Assembly: GCA_902617375.1 (NCBI GenBank)
Contig: CACMWI010000003.1
Location: forward strand, 138,092 to 202,091
Length of the DNA: 64,000 bases
Reading direction: 5' to 3'
From: an uncultured Alphaproteobacteria bacterium
GTDB taxonomy: Bacteria > Pseudomonadota > Alphaproteobacteria > Methylaequorales > Methylaequoraceae
The notes under the pieces were generated by a model, which did no database searches, was not told the DNA's origin, and was given only the letters and a program-made list of their open reading frames with translations. Made by a program: the position numbers and the translations under genes. Shown piece after piece: positions 59,944 through 64,000 of the stretch (the stretch's first letter is position 1; every line of letters starts with the position of its first letter).

Positions 59944-61020
59944 ATGGGAAATTTTTTTGAAGTTCTTGATGCAACATTCTCATCTGGAAATGATCATGAA
60001 ATAAAAAATATAAATTTTGCAATTCCAAAGAAGGGAAATATTGTATGCTTACTAGGACCGTCAGGTGCAGGTAAAACAACTATCCTTAGGACAATTGCTG
60101 GTCTTGAAAAATTAAAATATGGAACCATTAGTCTTAATGGAAAAATTATATCTTCAAATACCCTGTCGATAAGTCCAGATAAGAGAAACATAGCACTTTC
60201 GTTTCAGGATAATTGTTTGTTTCCTCACAAAAACGTCTATCAAAATATTTTACTTGGATTAGAAAGGAAAAATAGAAAAAAATTTTTATATTCTCCATTA
60301 GAACTTTTAGACTTCTTTAAACTTAAAGAAGTTCAACAAAAGTACCCCCATGAAATTAGTTCTGGCGAGGCTCAAAGAGTTTCTCTAGCCAGATCACTAA
60401 TTTCTTCCCCTGATCTATTATTACTCGATGAACCCTTTGCAAATATTGATCAAATATTAAAAGAGGATTTACAAAAAACTGTAAAAGATATTTTAAAATT
60501 AACAAAAATATCAGCAATTGTTGTAACACATGATCCTAATGAGGCATTTTATTTAGGTGATAAGTGCGGTATCATTATCAACAACGTACTTAAGCAGTTT
60601 GATACACCCTATAATATTTATCACTTTCCAAATTCTCTTGAGGTTGTAAATTTTTTAAAAAGAGGAACCCTTCTTAATGTCAAAATAATCAATAAACAAA
60701 TCCTGAAACATAAGAGCCTTGGAATAATAAATGGTAAATATGGTTGTTCAAATTTAAACCAATTCAATGAGGGTAAAACTGTTAAGTTATTAATTCAACC
60801 AGAAGATTTACTGCACGACGATAAAAGTCAATTGAAATTAAAAATTGTTGATAGGAAGTTTCGTGGAACTAATTTTATCTATACATTAAAAACTCCTGAA
60901 AAGGAACTTATACCTGTACTTGTTGATTCTCATCATCAACATTTACATGAAAATGATGAGGAGTTTGGAATAAAAACTCCAATCAATATAGATCATTTAG
61001 TTTGTTTTGAAAAAAAATAA
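59944..61020 (+). CDS. fbpC: Fe3+ ABC transporter ATP-binding protein
   Basis: 358 aa with Walker A GPSGAGKTT, signature SSGEAQRVSLAR, Walker B LLLLDEP and a C-terminal TOBE-like domain. Confidence 0.85.
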   Translation: MGNFFEVLDATFSSGNDHEIKNINFAIPKKGNIVCLLGPSGAGKTTILRTIAGLEKLKYGTISLNGKIISSNTLSISPDKRNIALSFQDNCLFPHKNVYQNILLGLERKNRKKFLYSPLELLDFFKLKEVQQKYPHEISSGEAQRVSLARSLISSPDLLLLDEPFANIDQILKEDLQKTVKDILKLTKISAIVVTHDPNEAFYLGDKCGIIINNVLKQFDTPYNIYHFPNSLEVVNFLKRGTLLNVKIINKQILKHKSLGIINGKYGCSNLNQFNEGKTVKLLIQPEDLLHDDKSQLKLKIVDRKFRGTNFIYTLKTPEKELIPVLVDSHHQHLHENDEEFGIKTPINIDHLVCFEKK

Positions 61021-61064
61021 TTACAAACTCTTTACATTTTTTTTTAAAAAATTATTGTATTTTT

Positions 61065-61268
61065 ATGGATGATGAAAAAATTAATATTTCTGTAAGAAAA
61101 TTTTTAAAAAACGTTGGGATTACTTCTCAAAGAAAAATTGAAGAAAAGATTAGAGATAAATTTAAATCTGGTGAAATAAAAGGTATCAATAAGATAAAAG
61201 TCAAAGCTACTATAACCTCAGATACACTTGAGCTTAATGAATCTATTGATGGTGAAATAGAAACTTAA
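61065..61268 (+). CDS. Hypothetical small soluble protein
   Basis: 67 aa, Lys/Glu-rich with no TM segment; I recognise no family. Confidence 0.3.
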   Translation: MDDEKINISVRKFLKNVGITSQRKIEEKIRDKFKSGEIKGINKIKVKATITSDTLELNESIDGEIET

Positions 61269-61270
61269 AA

Positions 61271-61498
61271 TTGGGCGAACAAAACAACATAAAAAAAGAT
61301 AGTACTTTCGACTTTTGTGATAAAGAATTTAAATCTTTTAAAGAGGATGTCCTTTGTTCACAAGATGATTTACACAAATCAATGCAGGACAACTCAGTCG
61401 GTTTTGTTATTTTCTACGTAGTTGCTATTATATTTGTAGCTGCATTGTTCCAACTATCTACAAAAGACTTTTCAAAAAAAGGTAAGAAAAATAAATAA
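61271..61498 (+). CDS. Hypothetical small tail-anchored membrane protein (TTG start in the track)
   Basis: 75 aa with a single C-terminal TM segment (VGFVIFYVVAIIFVAALFQL). The ORF call starts on TTG. Confidence 0.2.
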   Translation: MGEQNNIKKDSTFDFCDKEFKSFKEDVLCSQDDLHKSMQDNSVGFVIFYVVAIIFVAALFQLSTKDFSKKGKKNK

Positions 61499-61553
61499 TT
61501 TATTTATTGTACTTTTAGTCTTACTTTTTTGTCACAATATTCTTATCTTTCTA

Positions 61554-61904
61554 ATGTACATGGTATCTGAAATTTTCGATCTTAAAGGACGTTTTATTAC
61601 TAAAGTTTTAAGAACAAAAAAAAATTGTCTTCTTTTTATATTGATCTTCTCAGTTGTTTATATCCTTTCCTCAACACTAGTATTAAATTTTTATGACTTA
61701 AAAAAAATACAAATCTTAAACTTTTTATTTTCTTTTATTATTATTTTTGAAATTTGTTTAAAAATATCTCAATCAGAAAGATTTATTTTATGGATAGGTG
61801 AAAATTTAGATAAATCTTTTAGATTATTTATAATGTTTATAATAGGATTAAATTGTACCTATTTCTATACGAGGTTAACTCTCCAAATAATAGAAAGCTA
61901 TTGA
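61554..61904 (+). CDS. Hypothetical small membrane protein
   Basis: 116 aa with about three TM segments; no recognised family. Confidence 0.3.
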   Translation: MYMVSEIFDLKGRFITKVLRTKKNCLLFILIFSVVYILSSTLVLNFYDLKKIQILNFLFSFIIIFEICLKISQSERFILWIGENLDKSFRLFIMFIIGLNCTYFYTRLTLQIIESY

Positions 61905-61908
61905 AAGT

Positions 61909-62613
61909 TTAATAGATAACTCCCTCTTTCAAAAACTTTTGAATCAACTTATTTTTTGATTTAAGGAATTTATTTTTTGTAGAAACTTCAATTATCTCTC
62001 CATCATTAATAAATAAAATCTCATCAGCTAACCTTTTCGCTTGGAATAAGTCATGCGTAACCATAATAATTTTGATTCTATTTCTTTCTTTAATTAAAAA
62101 GTTTTCTACTTTTTTTGTGAATCGCATATCAAGATTAGAACTTGGTTCATCCAAAATCAAAAGATTGGGTTCAGAAACCAATGTTCTAATAAAGGAAAGA
62201 TATTGTTTATTCCCTTCTGAGAGATTTCTAGCCGATATTTTCTTTTTGCTTGAAAATCCAAAATATTTTAATAAAAATTCAATCCTTTTATTTATAATTT
62301 TTTTGTTAAACCCTTTTATTTCAAGAGGATATGCAAGGTTATTGAAAACATTGCGTCTTAAAAAAATTATATTCTGTGAGAGATATCCCGTTTTGGGAAT
62401 TGTTCCATTTAACTTTATTGAAAGCTCTCCGCTTTCTGGTTTTATTAATCCTTTGATAATTTTCGTTAATAAAGTTTTTCCTGAACCATTTGGACCAAGG
62501 ATAATTGTTATACCATTAGTTGAAATGTCTGTTGAAAGATTCTTAAAAAAAGGTTTGTTGTTCACGCCATAATTTATATTTTTAAGTGTTATATGATTTT
62601 CTGAATTAATCAT
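61909..62613 (-). CDS. ABC transporter ATP-binding protein (no fused TOBE domain)
   Basis: 234 aa with Walker A GPNGSGKT, signature LSEGNKQYLSFIR and Walker B LLILDEP. Confidence 0.8.
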   Translation of the reverse strand: MINSENHITLKNINYGVNNKPFFKNLSTDISTNGITIILGPNGSGKTLLTKIIKGLIKPESGELSIKLNGTIPKTGYLSQNIIFLRRNVFNNLAYPLEIKGFNKKIINKRIEFLLKYFGFSSKKKISARNLSEGNKQYLSFIRTLVSEPNLLILDEPSSNLDMRFTKKVENFLIKERNRIKIIMVTHDLFQAKRLADEILFINDGEIIEVSTKNKFLKSKNKLIQKFLKEGVIY

Positions 62614-63301
62614 AAGAATATTTCCTGGAAATTGTTTTCATTATCATTACTATTGCATTCAAAGAAATAGCAATTATTATCAGAACAATTCCTAGAGACA
62701 TTGCCATTGATAAATTTCCTTTCGAAGTTTCTAAAGCAATTGTTGTCGTCATAACTCTTGTGTAGTGTACGATATTTCCGCCAACAATTATTATAGCTCC
62801 TACCTCAGATAAAGCCCTACCTAAACCTGTTAAAATGCATGTCACAAGTGAAATTCTAGCATCAAAAACTGTTGTTCTAATTCTACTTATTAAATCAACT
62901 TCAAATGTATCGAACATTTCCTTATACTCATCAAACATTTGTTGAAGCAGTTCTGTGCTAACTGAAATAATTATTGGCAAAATTATTATTATCTGAGCAA
63001 TAATCATAATTGACGGAGTATATAAAATGTCTAAAAATCCTAAAGGGCCTGTTTGGGAAAATAAAATATAAAGTAAGAGACCTACAAATACTGGAGGTAA
63101 CGCCATCATTGAATTAAAAAAAATAATTATAGTTTTTTTTCCAGTAAAATTTGTAGATGACAAAACTCCAGCTATGGGCAAACCTAAAAAACATGAAAAA
63201 GTAAGAGCAAAAAGTGATACTTTTAATGAAAGCCAAATGATTTCATATAAGTCAGGATCAAATGAAAAAACTAAATTTAATGATTCTAAAAGAACATCCA
63301 C
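62606..63301 (-). CDS. ABC transporter permease (ModB/TupB-like oxyanion type)
   Basis: 231 aa with 5-6 TM segments and an EAA-like loop (...GLGRALSEVGAIIIVGGNI...). Confidence 0.7.
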   Translation of the reverse strand: MDVLLESLNLVFSFDPDLYEIIWLSLKVSLFALTFSCFLGLPIAGVLSSTNFTGKKTIIIFFNSMMALPPVFVGLLLYILFSQTGPLGFLDILYTPSIMIIAQIIIILPIIISVSTELLQQMFDEYKEMFDTFEVDLISRIRTTVFDARISLVTCILTGLGRALSEVGAIIIVGGNIVHYTRVMTTTIALETSKGNLSMAMSLGIVLIIIAISLNAIVMIMKTISRKYSYD

Positions 63302-63312
63302 TTAAATGAAAA

Positions 63313-63540
63313 CTAATGTTTCCCAATTATAACTGCTGCAGCAGGAAAAATACAAGTTACTACATTCCCTTTACCAAGTTCCATGTCTTTACATATATCA
63401 ACTGGAACAGCGGCATGAACAAAGCTTCCAGTTAAATTTCCATCTGCGTCAGTTTGTTCGACAGATACCTGAGAGTAACTTGATCCATGGATAACAGAGG
63501 TAACTTTGCCTTTTATTTGATTTTTTGCACTTATTCTCAT
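63313..63540 (-). CDS. Molybdopterin-binding (Mop/TOBE) domain protein
   Basis: 75 aa beginning MRISAKNQIKGKVTSV...; stand-alone TOBE/Mop domain. Confidence 0.8.
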   Translation of the reverse strand: MRISAKNQIKGKVTSVIHGSSYSQVSVEQTDADGNLTGSFVHAAVPVDICKDMELGKGNVVTCIFPAAAVIIGKH

Positions 63541-63576
63541 TTGGGAAAAACCTTTCGTAAATGTTAAATTATTAAT

Positions 63577-64000
63577 TTATTTTTTTTTCCAAAAATAAAC
63601 AAGACCTGAGGCAGAAATATTATGCCAAAGACTAAATAGAGCTGAAGGCAAGGCAACCAGCTTTGTGAAATGCATTAAGGCCAGCGTCATACCTAAGCCA
63701 GAATTTTGCATTGCAACTTCAATTGCAACTGTTTTTTTCACATCCATCGGGAATTTAAAAAAGCTTGCAATAAAGAATCCTAAAAAAAGACCAATCAAAT
63801 TGTGCAAAGCAACGGCAAATAGAATATTCCAAGAAAGATTACTAAAACTATCAATATTAATTGAAAAAATAATTCCGATTATCAAAGCAATAGAAATTTC
63901 TGAAAATAACGGAAAAAACTTCAACAAAGTTTTTTCTTTCTTTCTAATAAAAATTTTCATTAGTATTCCGAACACAACGGGAAGAAAAACAATAAAGAAT
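63577..64000 (-). CDS. Bile acid:sodium symporter (BASS/BART superfamily) transporter, C-terminal part; continues past the window edge
   Basis: Polytopic membrane protein with ...AIEVAMQNSGLGMTLA... resembling the BASS signature. The frame stays open upstream of the GTG at 63975 all the way to position 64000. Confidence 0.55.
   Translation of the reverse strand, partial: FFIVFLPVVFGILMKIFIRKKEKTLLKFFPLFSEISIALIIGIIFSINIDSFSNLSWNILFAVALHNLIGLFLGFFIASFFKFPMDVKKTVAIEVAMQNSGLGMTLALMHFTKLVALPSALFSLWHNISASGLVYFWKKK

Noticed and set aside
1-64000. CRISPR arrays, transposases, integrases, prophage genes and restriction-modification or other defense systems.
   Set aside because: No direct-repeat arrays, no recognisable transposase, integrase or phage structural ORFs, and no large hypothetical gene blocks. 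Every ORF over 120 aa has a housekeeping or transporter assignment.

Overview
AT-rich (about 29-30% GC by eye), gene-dense, alphaproteobacterial window with SAR11/Pelagibacterales-like streamlining: many genes overlap by 1-4 nt and intergenic spacers are very short. The content is overwhelmingly core housekeeping. It starts in the 5' part of rpoB (minus strand) and runs through secE-nusG-rplKAJL with tRNA-Trp, tRNA-Gly and tRNA-Tyr. It then passes cobB, msrA, a cobalamin-riboswitch-led TonB-dependent receptor plus TonB pair, tRNA-Glu, recJ, an interrupted pfk, and hom. The middle section holds argC-rpsI-rplM, cutA, tRNA-Pro, the ihfA-merR pair, fabH-plsX-rpmF, bamE, the H+-pyrophosphatase gene, and the minus-strand operon thiL-nusB-ribH-ribBA-ribE-ribD-nrdR-glyA-rpiB. 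Next come an alanine/glycine:cation symporter, a biotin cluster (bioF-hydrolase-bioC-bioD-bioA), metY, hemB, and a serine-glyoxylate aminotransferase / hydroxypyruvate reductase / glycerate kinase module. The last third carries bpt, the recO-era-rnc-lepB-pdxJ cluster, relA/spoT, rpoZ, folK, smpB, dapA, slt, hsp20, the Fe3+ ABC transporter fbpABC, three small hypothetical ORFs, a Mop/permease/ATPase transporter, and a partial BASS-family transporter at the 3' edge. I found five tRNAs, no mobile elements and no CRISPR. The observations most worth a second look are: a clear cobalamin riboswitch in front of a receptor/TonB pair whose TonB lacks a proline-rich spacer; a pfk gene split by an in-frame TAA at the head of an A14 tract; a ROSE-like thermometer candidate in the hsp20 5' UTR; and the small-ORF islet at 61.0-61.9 kb. 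I did not find a convincing novel multi-gene system such as a defense island.
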